DNA from: a virus
Lineage: Duplodnaviria; Caudoviricetes
IMG/VR virus record: IMGVR_UViG_3300032092_000085
Coordinates: 1-39,825 of that record
Strand: one strand, 5' to 3'
Length of the DNA: 39,825 nucleotides
The translations under genes and the position numbers were made by a program. The notes below the pieces were generated by a model. That model ran no database searches. It saw only the letters and a list, made by a program, of their open reading frames with translations, and was not told where the DNA came from. Within the stretch, counting starts at the first letter, position 1; every line of letters starts with the position of its first letter. Positions 10,016 to 18,708 of this stretch are shown here, in pieces.

Positions 10016-12570
10016 CGATTAGCAGCACGACGCGAATCGCTGGGCCGTTCATTGGTAATGGGACCGCCAGCGCGTTCCCGTTCACGTTCAAAGTCTTTGC
10101 TGCCACGGACTTGGACGTCATCAAGCTGACCGTCAGCACGGGCACCGAGAGCACGCTGGTGCTCACGACCGACTACACGGTGTCGCTCAACGGTGACCAA
10201 AACAGCAACCCAGGCGGCACGGTCACCCTGACCGCCGGCGCACTGGCGTCGGGATTCACGCTGACGATCACGTCGGACATCGCCAACCTCCAGCCCACGG
10301 ACCTGACGAATCAGGGCGGGTTCTACCCCGAGGTCATCACCGACTCGTTGGACCGAGCAACGATCCAGATCCAGCAGATCGCCGACATCGGCGACCGGAC
10401 GCTGAAAATCCCGATCTCGGACGGAACGCTCAACATGGAGCTGCCGACAAAGACTGAACGCGCCAACTCGTTCCTGTCGTTCGACGCCAACGGTCTGCCG
10501 TCGGTCGTGACGGCTGGCTCGAGCGGTGCACCGGCCACGATCACGCGGCAGGTGTTCAGCGGCACGGGCTCGCAGACGGTGTTCACGTTGGCAAGCGACC
10601 CCGGTGCGCTCGGCAACAGCGCCCAGGTCTACATCGGCGGCGTGTACCAGCAGCGCAGCACGTACACGATTGCCGGCACGACGCTGACGTTCTCGGCTGC
10701 TCCGGTGGCCGGGACCGACAACATCGAGTTCGTCAACTTCCTGACGAGCAACATCGGCGCGACCAGCGCGGACCTCGTCACCTACACGCCGAGCGGAGTC
10801 GGCGCGGTCGCCCGCAGCGCGTCGAGCAAGTTCGGTGAAACAGTCAGCGTCAAGGATTTCGGGGCGGTTGGCGATGGCGTGGCGGATGATCGTGCCGCCT
10901 GCCAAAAGGCAATTAACTACATCAATTCCATCGGCGGCGGAACCGTGATATTCCCGCCAGGCACATATGGAATGTCGGCATCGTCTGTGATTGCCGGTAT
11001 TGATACGTATCTCTCGTTGAATGGGTACGCAAACATTCGTCTCATTGGACATGGCGCGACATTGGTTTCAACATATTCGTCGCTTGTCAACCATCGTGTT
11101 TTCTTCAATCTGCATGATGCAATTGACGTTGTAATTGACGGATTTCGGATGCAAGCCGCATTTGCGCGCACGGCTGGTACTGCAACTGTCACAAACTATT
11201 CAGCAGCCGCATTTTCCATTGCCGCTGATACCAGAGCATGCGGAAACATCTGCATCAGCAATTGTGACATTGAGAGCGTGTACTACGGCATGGTCGTTAA
11301 GCCGAACAACACAACAAACCGAGTCCGCAATATCGCGCTCAACAACATCCTCATCAAGAACGCCTACTACGGGCTGAACTTCCAAAACCAAGGCGACAAT
11401 GTGTCCGTCGTGAACATGCACACGGACAATCTCATTCGTTCTTACTTCCCGTATGGTGTCGATTCCCACTCGATTGAATACACGTCCGTCAACGGAGATG
11501 TCTTTACCGATTGCCTAATCAAGGCATACCAGTACGACACGACGAACATTCATGTCAAGGTAAGGATTAGGAACAACAGTTCTGCCAATGCGAAATGCAC
11601 CATTGAGTCGCAGCACGATCCGGCAACGCAGCCGATTCCGGCCAAGCTACAAAACATCACGGTCGATTTCGATGATGCCAACAGCACCGGATCGCTCTCA
11701 ATTCGGTTTGCGTATTACCAAAACTCGGTCCAGACGGCAACGACCGACAATTTGTTGTTCGATAACATCACGTTGCGCGGACGCTGCCGGAACGTGATCG
11801 ACAACTCGGTAATCCAAAGAGCCACCATCGCCAGCGCCGGCGGATTGCTGAACATCGACAATCTCCAATGCGACGGCGGAGACACGCGGCCTGCTGTCTA
11901 CAACGAGAATGGATTCTACCGGCTGGTTGATACGGCTGATGCAACCGGTGACCCGGCAACGCTCGTTCGTGGATTGCAGGTTGCCTCCGGAAACGCAACG
12001 AACGCGAACTGGCCGCTGGTCGGAACGCCAACGGCATCGTCATGGTCCGCTTTCATTGCAGGTGGCAATTTCTCCGCCATGCAGTTTGCGAAGCCGGACA
12101 CACACCAAGGTCTATGGGTACGGCAGAAGCGCGGAAAGAACGCCATCGGTGCATGGACGAAGCTTCCCGGAGAGAACCGATCCTCGTTTACCCCGAATCT
12201 TAGGTTTGGCGGCAACAACGCAAGCATGACCGGGACGTTCGTCGGTCAGTACCACAAGATCGGCAGATTCGTGTTTCTCTCGGTGGACATCACTCTGACC
12301 GCCAAGGGATCAAGCACGAGCAATGCCACAATCGGGAATCTGCCGTTTACGTTTCTTGCCGGGATTTTCCCGGTCGTGAACGTCGTCGTTTACGCGAACG
12401 GAGCTTCAATTACCAGTGCTCCCACCGGATACATTGACCCAGGCTCAAACGACATAAAGCTGTTTCTGCAAACCAGTACAGGATTGTCAGCAATGACAGA
12501 TGCGAACTTCACGAATACGACCCGCATCTTCGTTACGGCGGTTGGCATCACCGACAATACATACGAGTGA
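10012..12570 (+). CDS. Tail fibre/tailspike 1 (T7 gp17-like N-terminal anchor, beta-helix depolymerase-like body)
   Basis: N-terminus GNGTASAFPFTFKVF...DSLDRATIQIQQ is typical of podophage fibre anchors. VSVKDFGAVGDGVADD is a pectate-lyase-like start, followed by an Asn/Ile-rich beta-helix. ATGA overlap with the upstream stop. Confidence 0.88.
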   Translation: MTISSTTRIAGPFIGNGTASAFPFTFKVFAATDLDVIKLTVSTGTESTLVLTTDYTVSLNGDQNSNPGGTVTLTAGALASGFTLTITSDIANLQPTDLTNQGGFYPEVITDSLDRATIQIQQIADIGDRTLKIPISDGTLNMELPTKTERANSFLSFDANGLPSVVTAGSSGAPATITRQVFSGTGSQTVFTLASDPGALGNSAQVYIGGVYQQRSTYTIAGTTLTFSAAPVAGTDNIEFVNFLTSNIGATSADLVTYTPSGVGAVARSASSKFGETVSVKDFGAVGDGVADDRAACQKAINYINSIGGGTVIFPPGTYGMSASSVIAGIDTYLSLNGYANIRLIGHGATLVSTYSSLVNHRVFFNLHDAIDVVIDGFRMQAAFARTAGTATVTNYSAAAFSIAADTRACGNICISNCDIESVYYGMVVKPNNTTNRVRNIALNNILIKNAYYGLNFQNQGDNVSVVNMHTDNLIRSYFPYGVDSHSIEYTSVNGDVFTDCLIKAYQYDTTNIHVKVRIRNNSSANAKCTIESQHDPATQPIPAKLQNITVDFDDANSTGSLSIRFAYYQNSVQTATTDNLLFDNITLRGRCRNVIDNSVIQRATIASAGGLLNIDNLQCDGGDTRPAVYNENGFYRLVDTADATGDPATLVRGLQVASGNATNANWPLVGTPTASSWSAFIAGGNFSAMQFAKPDTHQGLWVRQKRGKNAIGAWTKLPGENRSSFTPNLRFGGNNASMTGTFVGQYHKIGRFVFLSVDITLTAKGSSTSNATIGNLPFTFLAGIFPVVNVVVYANGASITSAPTGYIDPGSNDIKLFLQTSTGLSAMTDANFTNTTRIFVTAVGITDNTYE

Positions 12571-12586
12571 AAAAAAGGAAACAAGT

Positions 12587-12835
12587 ATGGCTCTTTCGAT
12601 GTCCGTTACCCATCGTGATGTTCCGGTTGCGAATGCTTATTGCCGAGTTCGTTCCGTTGTCGTGAACAAGACATCCATGACGTTCGATGTCACCTGGGCA
12701 GCCACGTCATCAGCAATTCCGTTGCTTATGACGGAGTACGCATCGACATACGATTTGTTCGGAGACAACCCGATCCGCCAGGCTTACCTCTACCTCAAGA
12801 CGCTGCCAGAGTTCGCCAACGCCGTGGATTGCTAA
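12587..12835 (+). CDS. Small tail-fibre-associated protein (possible chaperone)
   Basis: 82 aa with AGGA upstream. C-terminus QAYLYLKTLPEFANAVDC resembles small proteins found next to phage fibres. Lies between the two spikes. Confidence 0.7.
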   Translation: MALSMSVTHRDVPVANAYCRVRSVVVNKTSMTFDVTWAATSSAIPLLMTEYASTYDLFGDNPIRQAYLYLKTLPEFANAVDC

Positions 12836-12837
12836 CC

Positions 12838-14328
12838 ATGCCCATGACCAAACCAACCTCTGAACAGGTCACGTTCCTCGCCGCTGGCTCCGGCGCGATC
12901 CAGCGCACTGCGCTCGAGAAGCTCCGCGATGTCGTGAGCGTGAAGGACTTCGGGGCGGTTGGGGATGGCGTGGCGGATGACACGGCGGCGATTCAGGCGG
13001 CCATCACGGCATCATCGTATGTGGTGTTTCCGACTGCAACATATCGCATCACATCAACGATCACCTTGACCGGGAACAAGACGCTTGAATCAGACAACGC
13101 CACCATTGCAAAGGATTTCAATGGCGTTGGTTTGGCGTTTACTGGCGGTTCGTCGTTCAACTACATCGTTGGAACGCTGACGATCAATGCAGTTGGATCG
13201 TTCGTTGCCAGTACTGGATCTCCGAGCGCAAATCCAAGTGCACATGGCGTTACGATCACCAACAACCGAGTCATCATCGATGGAAGTTTGGTTAGCAACA
13301 ATCACCAAGGAAACGGGTTGTTGTTTACTAGTAGTTCCGCCAACTCAAATCGGTGCATACTGACAGACGTTCGATGCACTGGTAATGGTGTGAATGGGAT
13401 TCGGTTCAGCGGAACAAATGACAATGCTGCGGTCTGGAAAGTTGGTTTGTTCTGCACCTCAAACCGCGAGTCTGGCATTTATTTCGACAACGATTTCATC
13501 GGTCGCAGTTGGGACGGATTCGTTTACTGCGAAGGCAATGCAATCGATGGAACGTCGGACCAGTTGTATATCGGCAAGTTGCGCGGCTCCAGGTTGTTCG
13601 TCTACGCAGAAGAAACGGTTAGCACCGGATACGAAATCTTCATTGGTGCCAACTGTGAGTTTCTTGATGTCGTGGATACGAGAGAAACCGGGAGTGTCAA
13701 CAATGCTGCTCTTTCATGCAGTATATCTAGGGGAAACAAGCAGCTCGTAGTTGGCGACACGTCGTTCTACGGGTACATCGACTGCGTAAACCTGACGAAC
13801 AGCAGTGCGAAGTACGCCGACCTGGTCTACGAAACCTCAGAAGGAACGATTGCCAAGGATCGCATCCGCGGATCACGCTCGTTGGAGCGTTTCGTAATTA
13901 ATCCGACCAACGACCAAGGAACGCATTCAACCCAAGAAGTTGCACAGCGCACGTTTGCCGCATATGGCAATGTCGGGATTGATCGAATTACTGGTGCAAA
14001 TGGAACTTTGACTACTCCAAGCGCAAAGAGTGTCGGCGAAGTAGTTGTGCGCCAGCAATTTGCAATTCAGACTGCGGCAACGACTGCATATGACGCAGTC
14101 AGTGTTCGATTGGATGCGACAAGCATTGGCGGTGGGAACAAGGCGAGCGGCAACCTGATCTGGTCAACGACGGCAAACGGCGCGTCTTCGCAGACGGATG
14201 CCATGCAACTGACGCAGGACGGTAATTTTGAGATCCTCCAGAACGGCAAGGGAATCCGCCTGCGCCAGCCAGACGGAACAATAAGGCTCGTCAACGTAAA
14301 CAACAGCGGAAACCTGGTAGTGACCTAA
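12838..14328 (+). CDS. Tailspike 2 (no anchor domain; beta-helix)
   Basis: Likely start MPMTKPTSEQV at 12838, just after the upstream stop. Contains VSVKDFGAVGDGVADDTAAIQAAI and a beta-helix-like composition. Confidence 0.85.
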   Translation: MPMTKPTSEQVTFLAAGSGAIQRTALEKLRDVVSVKDFGAVGDGVADDTAAIQAAITASSYVVFPTATYRITSTITLTGNKTLESDNATIAKDFNGVGLAFTGGSSFNYIVGTLTINAVGSFVASTGSPSANPSAHGVTITNNRVIIDGSLVSNNHQGNGLLFTSSSANSNRCILTDVRCTGNGVNGIRFSGTNDNAAVWKVGLFCTSNRESGIYFDNDFIGRSWDGFVYCEGNAIDGTSDQLYIGKLRGSRLFVYAEETVSTGYEIFIGANCEFLDVVDTRETGSVNNAALSCSISRGNKQLVVGDTSFYGYIDCVNLTNSSAKYADLVYETSEGTIAKDRIRGSRSLERFVINPTNDQGTHSTQEVAQRTFAAYGNVGIDRITGANGTLTTPSAKSVGEVVVRQQFAIQTAATTAYDAVSVRLDATSIGGGNKASGNLIWSTTANGASSQTDAMQLTQDGNFEILQNGKGIRLRQPDGTIRLVNVNNSGNLVVT

Positions 14329-14330
14329 CC

Positions 14331-14555
14331 ATGACCTCCCCCCACCACGACGAACTGTTCCTCGCCATTGGCCGCCTAGAAGGCAAGGTCGATTCCCTGC
14401 TCGCCATGCAGCAGATGGCGCAGGACGAGCTCAAGGACCACGACGCACGGCTGCGCAACCTGGAACACGCTCGTGGGTACATCATGGGGGTGTCGGCGGC
14501 GATTGGCGCAATCGTCAGCCTAGCGGGCAGTTGGCTCGCTAAACTAGTGAACTGA
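14331..14555 (+). CDS. Holin-like/XhlA-like membrane protein
   Basis: 74 aa coiled coil (IGRLEGKVD...RLRNLE) plus a C-terminal TM helix. First gene after the tail genes. Confidence 0.6.
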   Translation: MTSPHHDELFLAIGRLEGKVDSLLAMQQMAQDELKDHDARLRNLEHARGYIMGVSAAIGAIVSLAGSWLAKLVN

Positions 14556-14564
14556 GGAACACAC

Positions 14565-15368
14565 ATGTCAAGCTTCCCGGCTACCACCTTCAATAACACG
14601 CTCCAGACTGGGTATGGCAGCCCGCTGTACATCATCCAGACTGACATCACCAAGACGCTTGAGTCGCCAAACTCGATCAACGAGATCATCGACGGCACCG
14701 AAGCTGATGCTGCGTATAGCAATATCCTGAAGGTGCCAGAAGGAGCGATTGGGTTCACTCCGTTTCTGGTTGTCAATGCGACGGTTAGCGGGAGCACTAC
14801 GGCGCTCACGGAACTCGATGTCAAGGTCACTACCGCTAGCGGCAATCCGCTTCGCTATTACTTCATTGGTCGTATTCCTGAGGTGTCGCCTCCGTACCGA
14901 TACGGTGCTAGTGACGCAAATCTTGCGTCTGCGCTCCAGCCGAGTTCGTACGGTTTCTGGCATGGATTGGGTGCATGGCGTTTGGTTACCAGCACTGCAC
15001 CAGGCACGTCTAATTTTGTAATGTACGGTGACGCGAACAATCTATCCGCTGGCCCAGCAGCGTATAGTGTTCCGACGGCCAGCGGCAATGATCGGCAGTT
15101 CGTTGCAAGCCTGTTGTTCGCTCGCGCAAATACTGGGTTTGAGACGCTGCTTGGCCTGACGAGCTACCCTGGCTCCATTAGCACCGTACCATCGCACGTC
15201 GTCAGCAACAGCGGTGTGGTGCCTCTTCTTGGCTGCACGCATATCACGGCGTTTGGGGCGCACAGCGGTACTGCACCGACCATCGCGATAACGGCAACCG
15301 CCACCACCGGAACGATCACAGTCAACAGCACGGCGCTGGCGATTCGATTCATTGGCGAGGGATGCTGA
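14565..15368 (+). CDS. Hypothetical protein (Ser/Thr/Ala/Gly-rich, beta-rich)
   Basis: 267-aa ORF with GAGG RBS. No catalytic motif recognised. Confidence 0.7.
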   Translation: MSSFPATTFNNTLQTGYGSPLYIIQTDITKTLESPNSINEIIDGTEADAAYSNILKVPEGAIGFTPFLVVNATVSGSTTALTELDVKVTTASGNPLRYYFIGRIPEVSPPYRYGASDANLASALQPSSYGFWHGLGAWRLVTSTAPGTSNFVMYGDANNLSAGPAAYSVPTASGNDRQFVASLLFARANTGFETLLGLTSYPGSISTVPSHVVSNSGVVPLLGCTHITAFGAHSGTAPTIAITATATTGTITVNSTALAIRFIGEGC

Positions 15369-15841
15369 GGCTGATCTGCATCATTGCGCTCATGGCTGCT
15401 TGCAGCCCCGTGCAGCGCATTGCAAACCGTTCCAATGAGATCCGGGCTGAGGCCCAGACTCTGCGTCACCACGGCCAGCAGGCCGACGACGCTGTTGTTG
15501 TGCACCATGCCGATGTCATTGACGGGCTGGCCGCCGACATCCACGGCGAGCTGCCGGGAGTGCAGGACAAGGTTCCGGCTTGGCTGTCTACCCTGAAGTG
15601 GTGGGGGATCGCGTTGGCCGGCGTGGCGGTGGCGTTTGTCCTGTGGCAGTCCGGGGCGTTTACGGCCATGAGGATCGCCATCGGGTGGCTGCCGAGGCGC
15701 CAGGTTGCCACGGCTGAACTGGCTGCTGATATGCTAGACCCGTCCCGCCCGGAATCCGAGCGGGAGTTTGTGGCGGCGATGCGGGCGCGTGACCCGGTCT
15801 TCGATGCCGCCTATCGCCGACTCAAGAAAGGCAAACGATGA
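15362..15841 (+). CDS. Lipoprotein with an additional TM helix; spanin candidate
   Basis: Signal peptide with lipobox (MAAC) and a TM segment WWGIALAGVAVAFVLW. Confidence 0.6.
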   Translation: MLRLICIIALMAACSPVQRIANRSNEIRAEAQTLRHHGQQADDAVVVHHADVIDGLAADIHGELPGVQDKVPAWLSTLKWWGIALAGVAVAFVLWQSGAFTAMRIAIGWLPRRQVATAELAADMLDPSRPESEREFVAAMRARDPVFDAAYRRLKKGKR

Positions 15842-15957
15842 TCCTCGCCTCTGCGTTCTCCGACTTCCTCGGCAACATCTGGTTCGCCGGCCTCGCTCTC
15901 GTCCTCGGCGTTGGCGCCGGCTGGGTGCTGCGAGGCAAGTACGGCAGCAAGATCTGA
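15838..15957 (+). CDS. 39-aa single-TM membrane peptide (not in the ORF track)
   Basis: MILASAFSDFLGNIWFAGLALVLGVGAGWVLRGKYGSKI. ATGA overlap with the upstream stop; AAAGG upstream. Confidence 0.7.
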   Translation: MILASAFSDFLGNIWFAGLALVLGVGAGWVLRGKYGSKI

Positions 15958-15980
15958 GACAAATCCCGCCATATGGTGGG

Positions 15981-16022
15981 CAGGCCCGGCGCGTAGCTCC
16001 ATGCGTGTCGGGCCTGTTGTCG
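15981..16022 (+). terminator. Hairpin ending the late (+) operon
   Basis: CAGGCCCGGCGCGTA / TGCGTGTCGGGCCTG 15-bp stem, with G-U pairs that favour the + strand, then TTGT. Lies between convergent genes. Confidence 0.55.
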
Positions 16023-16028
16023 TAATGG

Positions 16029-16068
16029 AAAGCCCCCGGCTTCCCGCATCATGCGTTCCACCGGGGGC
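16029..16068 (-). terminator. Hairpin ending the early (-) operon
   Basis: GCCCCCGG / CCGGGGGC stem with an inner CGCAT/ATGCG pair, followed by TTT on the minus strand. Confidence 0.5.
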
Positions 16069-16091
16069 GAGGATGAGACTGAGACGTTTGT

Positions 16092-16598
16092 TCAGCGTAC
16101 CCGCAGGCTGGTTCCGCGCTCCATCAGAGAGCATCCGACGACCTCCTCGCCGGCCTCGAGCGCTTGGCGGATGACGTCGGCGTCAGGCTCGCGCTTCACG
16201 CGCACGAACTTGCCGTCCCACAGGTCCATCGCGGTCGGGTCGATGGCGACGGGCTGCTTGCCGCCGTTGCGCTGGACGCTGATCTTGAACCGCTCGGTGT
16301 CGATCTTCAGGCGTCCGGTGCCCTCCATTGCGCTCTTGAGTCGTTCCTTGAGGCGTTCGGCCAGCGCCGAGTCGCAGCCGGCCAGTTCCCGCATGCGGCG
16401 GGCCTCGGCGGTACGGGCCTCGGCACGGGCCTCCAGCTCCTTGATGACGAGGACGTAGTCCTCGGCTTTATCAGTGAGGGCGGCGTCAAGCCCTTCGAGG
16501 ACGGCGGCGAGTTCGGCCTGCACCTCCGGCGATTCCGGAGTGTCGAGCAGGCGGTCAACGATGGTGGCGAGGTCAGTCGAGATGGCGTACAGGCTCAT
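16092..16598 (-). CDS. Siphovirus Gp157-like (Gam-like) protein
   Basis: MSLY.I...KAEDY...EARRM...RLKERL...F.ISVQRNGG...EPD...IRQALEAGEEV.G..L....SLRVR pattern; adjacent to ERF. Confidence 0.85.
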   Translation of the reverse strand: MSLYAISTDLATIVDRLLDTPESPEVQAELAAVLEGLDAALTDKAEDYVLVIKELEARAEARTAEARRMRELAGCDSALAERLKERLKSAMEGTGRLKIDTERFKISVQRNGGKQPVAIDPTAMDLWDGKFVRVKREPDADVIRQALEAGEEVVGCSLMERGTSLRVR

Positions 16599-16611
16599 AT
16601 GTAATCACCTT

Positions 16612-17382
16612 TCAGAACGGGAGTTCGGTGGTGGGAGCGGGTACGGTCACGTTGGGCTGCCGCCAGCGCATGATGGTGAGGGTGCCGTTGACACGGGAGA
16701 GCTCGAGCGTACCCTCGCCGGCGTCCTTGGCGAGCGTCACGAACTCGGGAACGTCGGTTGTGATCCACGCGGTGCCGTGCTCGCCGTCGATCTGGATGGC
16801 AACGGGCTTGCCCTTGCGCTCGGCCACGCGCAAAACAACTGCCTTGCCCTCCCAGTTGTCCGGGTACTTGTCGGCGGGCGCAGACGGCCTAGCAGGCTCC
16901 TTGACGGCCTCGACGGTCTCGATGGGCCTCGGGGCTGGCGCAGCCTTGGCAGGGGCAGGGGCGGGCTTGGCGAGGCTGCTAGTGCGGTCCTGACGGTCTT
17001 GCTCACCGTCCTCGTCCTCCTCGCCGACGATGCCGGCGATTGCGGCGGCGCTGTACCGGCGCAGGTAGGTGCAGATCGACCCGAGGGTCTGGACGGTCGC
17101 ACGCTCAGGGAACGGCATGCTGACCGTCTCGGCGATGAACTCTCCGCTGGTGTGCATTACGGTCGTCTCGACCGACACCATGCCGTTGTCGGTGTTGATC
17201 GACTGGACGAGCGTCAGCCCCTGCGCAGCGAACGGAACGCGGATGGCGTTCAGGATCGCGCCCAGGCTGGCGTAGCGGTTCTTGAAGTGCGGGTTGACGC
17301 TGTCAAGGTTTGGGTTCTTGATCTGAGTATTGGCGAGTGCCAGCGAACTGGCGAGCGCCCCGATGGTTTGACTCGTACGCAT
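16612..17382 (-). CDS. erf: ERF-family ssDNA annealing protein
   Basis: NPHFKNRYASL, ETTVMHTSGE and GSICTYLRRYS...GIVGEEDEDG motifs. GAGG 6 nt upstream of the ATG at 17382. Confidence 0.92.
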   Translation of the reverse strand: MRTSQTIGALASSLALANTQIKNPNLDSVNPHFKNRYASLGAILNAIRVPFAAQGLTLVQSINTDNGMVSVETTVMHTSGEFIAETVSMPFPERATVQTLGSICTYLRRYSAAAIAGIVGEEDEDGEQDRQDRTSSLAKPAPAPAKAAPAPRPIETVEAVKEPARPSAPADKYPDNWEGKAVVLRVAERKGKPVAIQIDGEHGTAWITTDVPEFVTLAKDAGEGTLELSRVNGTLTIMRWRQPNVTVPAPTTELPF

Positions 17383-17424
17383 GTGCATCCTCAATGTGTG
17401 TCGAACACCACGTTCGACGCTGGA

Positions 17425-17453
17425 ACTGTATACAGTCCCTTATACGCTGTCAA
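17425..17453 (-). promoter_or_regulatory. Sigma70-type promoter for erf-gp157
   Basis: Minus strand TTGACA-17 nt-TACAGT, followed by a leader hairpin (GTCGAAC/GTTCGAC) and an RBS. Confidence 0.75.
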
Positions 17454-17881
17454 CGGTCCGCGTAAGAAATCGTGACAAAGGTTTCTGACTGCGACCCGTA
17501 ACGCTTATGTGCGTTCAGCCAAATGACTTGCGAGTCATCGACCATCACGACCCCGGTCAGACCGTCCAGCAGGGCTCGGCACAGCTTGTCGATGTCAGGC
17601 TTGCCGGGGTGCAGCGGCGCGGTCTTGGTGAGTTCGCCGGCTTTGCGCCAATGACTCTTTGGCCGCTCAAACACGAACTCGGCGCTTATGGTGCAGGCAG
17701 CCTCAGCCGGCGGCCCGACCCAGGCACGCCCAGCCTCATAGGCAACGGCGGCTCTCCACGACTTCAGGCGCTTGCACTGGTCGAACATCACCGTCCGCCC
17801 GTTCCGCAGGCGTACCAGGCGCTTGCTCCCTTGTGGTGCTGCCATACCCGGCACGGTGAATTCGATCAGGCGTACGCTCAT
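17450..17881 (-). CDS. rusA: RusA-family Holliday junction resolvase
   Basis: PQGSKR, F.FERPKSH and KPDIDKLCRALLDGLTG....DDSQV catalytic Asp motif. Confidence 0.93.
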   Translation of the reverse strand: MSVRLIEFTVPGMAAPQGSKRLVRLRNGRTVMFDQCKRLKSWRAAVAYEAGRAWVGPPAEAACTISAEFVFERPKSHWRKAGELTKTAPLHPGKPDIDKLCRALLDGLTGVVMVDDSQVIWLNAHKRYGSQSETFVTISYADR

Positions 17882-18038
17882 AGGTCAGGAGTTTCTGCTT
17901 GAGCTCGTTGCACCCTCGCATGAGGAGCGCCATCTCGTTTCGCAGGTAGATGATTTCATCGCGTGCCTCGGCCAAGATCGGGCTGACGAACGGCTGGACA
18001 TCAATGCGGTCGATGATGTCCTCGTCAGTCTCTGGCAT
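17736..18038 (-). CDS. Hypothetical coiled-coil protein (MPETDEDIIDRI...EARDEIIYLR)
   Basis: TGATG coupling to the upstream stop at 18038. The 3' part overlaps rusA, so the C-terminal extent is doubtful. Confidence 0.55.
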   Translation of the reverse strand: MPETDEDIIDRIDVQPFVSPILAEARDEIIYLRNEMALLMRGCNELKQKLLTYERTPDRIHRAGYGSTTREQAPGTPAERADGDVRPVQAPEVVESRRCL

Positions 18039-18280
18039 CACGTGTCCCTGTGCATATATCGCAGTGTGTCCTGATGCTTGGTCATCAGATCCTGTAGCGC
18101 GATGCGGGCACGCATGTGCGATGCACGCAAATCCTCGATGCGTTGCTCGAGCAGGCTTGCCTGTAGCGTGCGCAAAGCCAAGGCAGTACGGCACTCTCGC
18201 ACCAACGTGACACCGTCTAGGTCAGGCGCGTTGCCGGCGAGGTACGAATCAATCCGGCGCATCAGGTCGTCGTGCATCAT
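18038..18280 (-). CDS. Hypothetical protein
   Basis: MMHDDLMRRI start with a GAGG RBS; fills the operon gap. Confidence 0.65.
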   Translation of the reverse strand: MMHDDLMRRIDSYLAGNAPDLDGVTLVRECRTALALRTLQASLLEQRIEDLRASHMRARIALQDLMTKHQDTLRYMHRDT

Positions 18281-18476
18281 CGTCCTCAATGATAGTGGTG
18301 CGCCAGATAGCGATTTGCATTGGTGCGCTAACGCGAACCTTGGTCGCCTTCGTGCTGCTCGGCCTGAACACGGCGACAACCTTGTCCTCAAGCGTCAGGA
18401 TGGCGCTTTCCCCACCCTTCAGCGTCAGGACCACGGTGCCAAAGTCAGCCGGGATGCGTGTCTGCCTCAAGGTCAT
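18249..18476 (-). CDS. csrA: Divergent CsrA/RsmA-like RNA-binding protein
   Basis: VVLTLKGGESAIL...KVRVSAPMQIAIWR aligns with the CsrA pattern LxLTRKxGESI...VRLGIxAP..V.I.R. Strong AGGAGG RBS. Confidence 0.6.
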   Translation of the reverse strand: MTLRQTRIPADFGTVVLTLKGGESAILTLEDKVVAVFRPSSTKATKVRVSAPMQIAIWRTTIIEDDDARRPDAPD

Positions 18477-18708
18477 GTTGTGCCTCCTTGCACATGGTTA
18501 TTTCGAAACAATCCCAGCCGCGCTGCTTGGCGTAGTCGTGTGCGGTCTGCGCTCCTAGACACACGCTCGGCCTAAGGAACGACACCTCCCGCCTCGCCTC
18601 GTCGCGCTCTACTCGGAGGCGGTCGATAGTGTCGGCTGCTTCGTCCGCGATCAGACTCATGCAGTCGCGGCGGAGTCGTGTCGTAATGTCATCACTCACG
18701 GCTGTCAT
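18445..18708 (-). CDS. Hypothetical small coiled-coil phage protein (SDDITTRLR...EAADTIDRLR)
   Basis: GGAGG RBS. Pattern common in phage early regions. Start at 18708 (ATG) or 18699 (GTG). Confidence 0.65.
   Translation of the reverse strand: MTAVSDDITTRLRRDCMSLIADEAADTIDRLRVERDEARREVSFLRPSVCLGAQTAHDYAKQRGWDCFEITMCKEAQHDLEADTHPG

Noticed and set aside
12566-12590. Programmed frameshift at the A-run joining spike 1 to the next gene
   Set aside because: The A-run begins within and after the TGA stop, and the downstream gene has its own RBS and ATG.
12640-12837. N-terminal extension of spike 2 given in the ORF track
   Set aside because: It overlaps the 12587-12835 gene and is not protein-like; ATG 12838 is the better start.
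10012-14328. Diversity-generating retroelement, given the BPP-1-like structural genes
   Set aside because: No reverse transcriptase, and no TR/VR pair with adenine-specific mismatches. The repeats found differ at synonymous positions.
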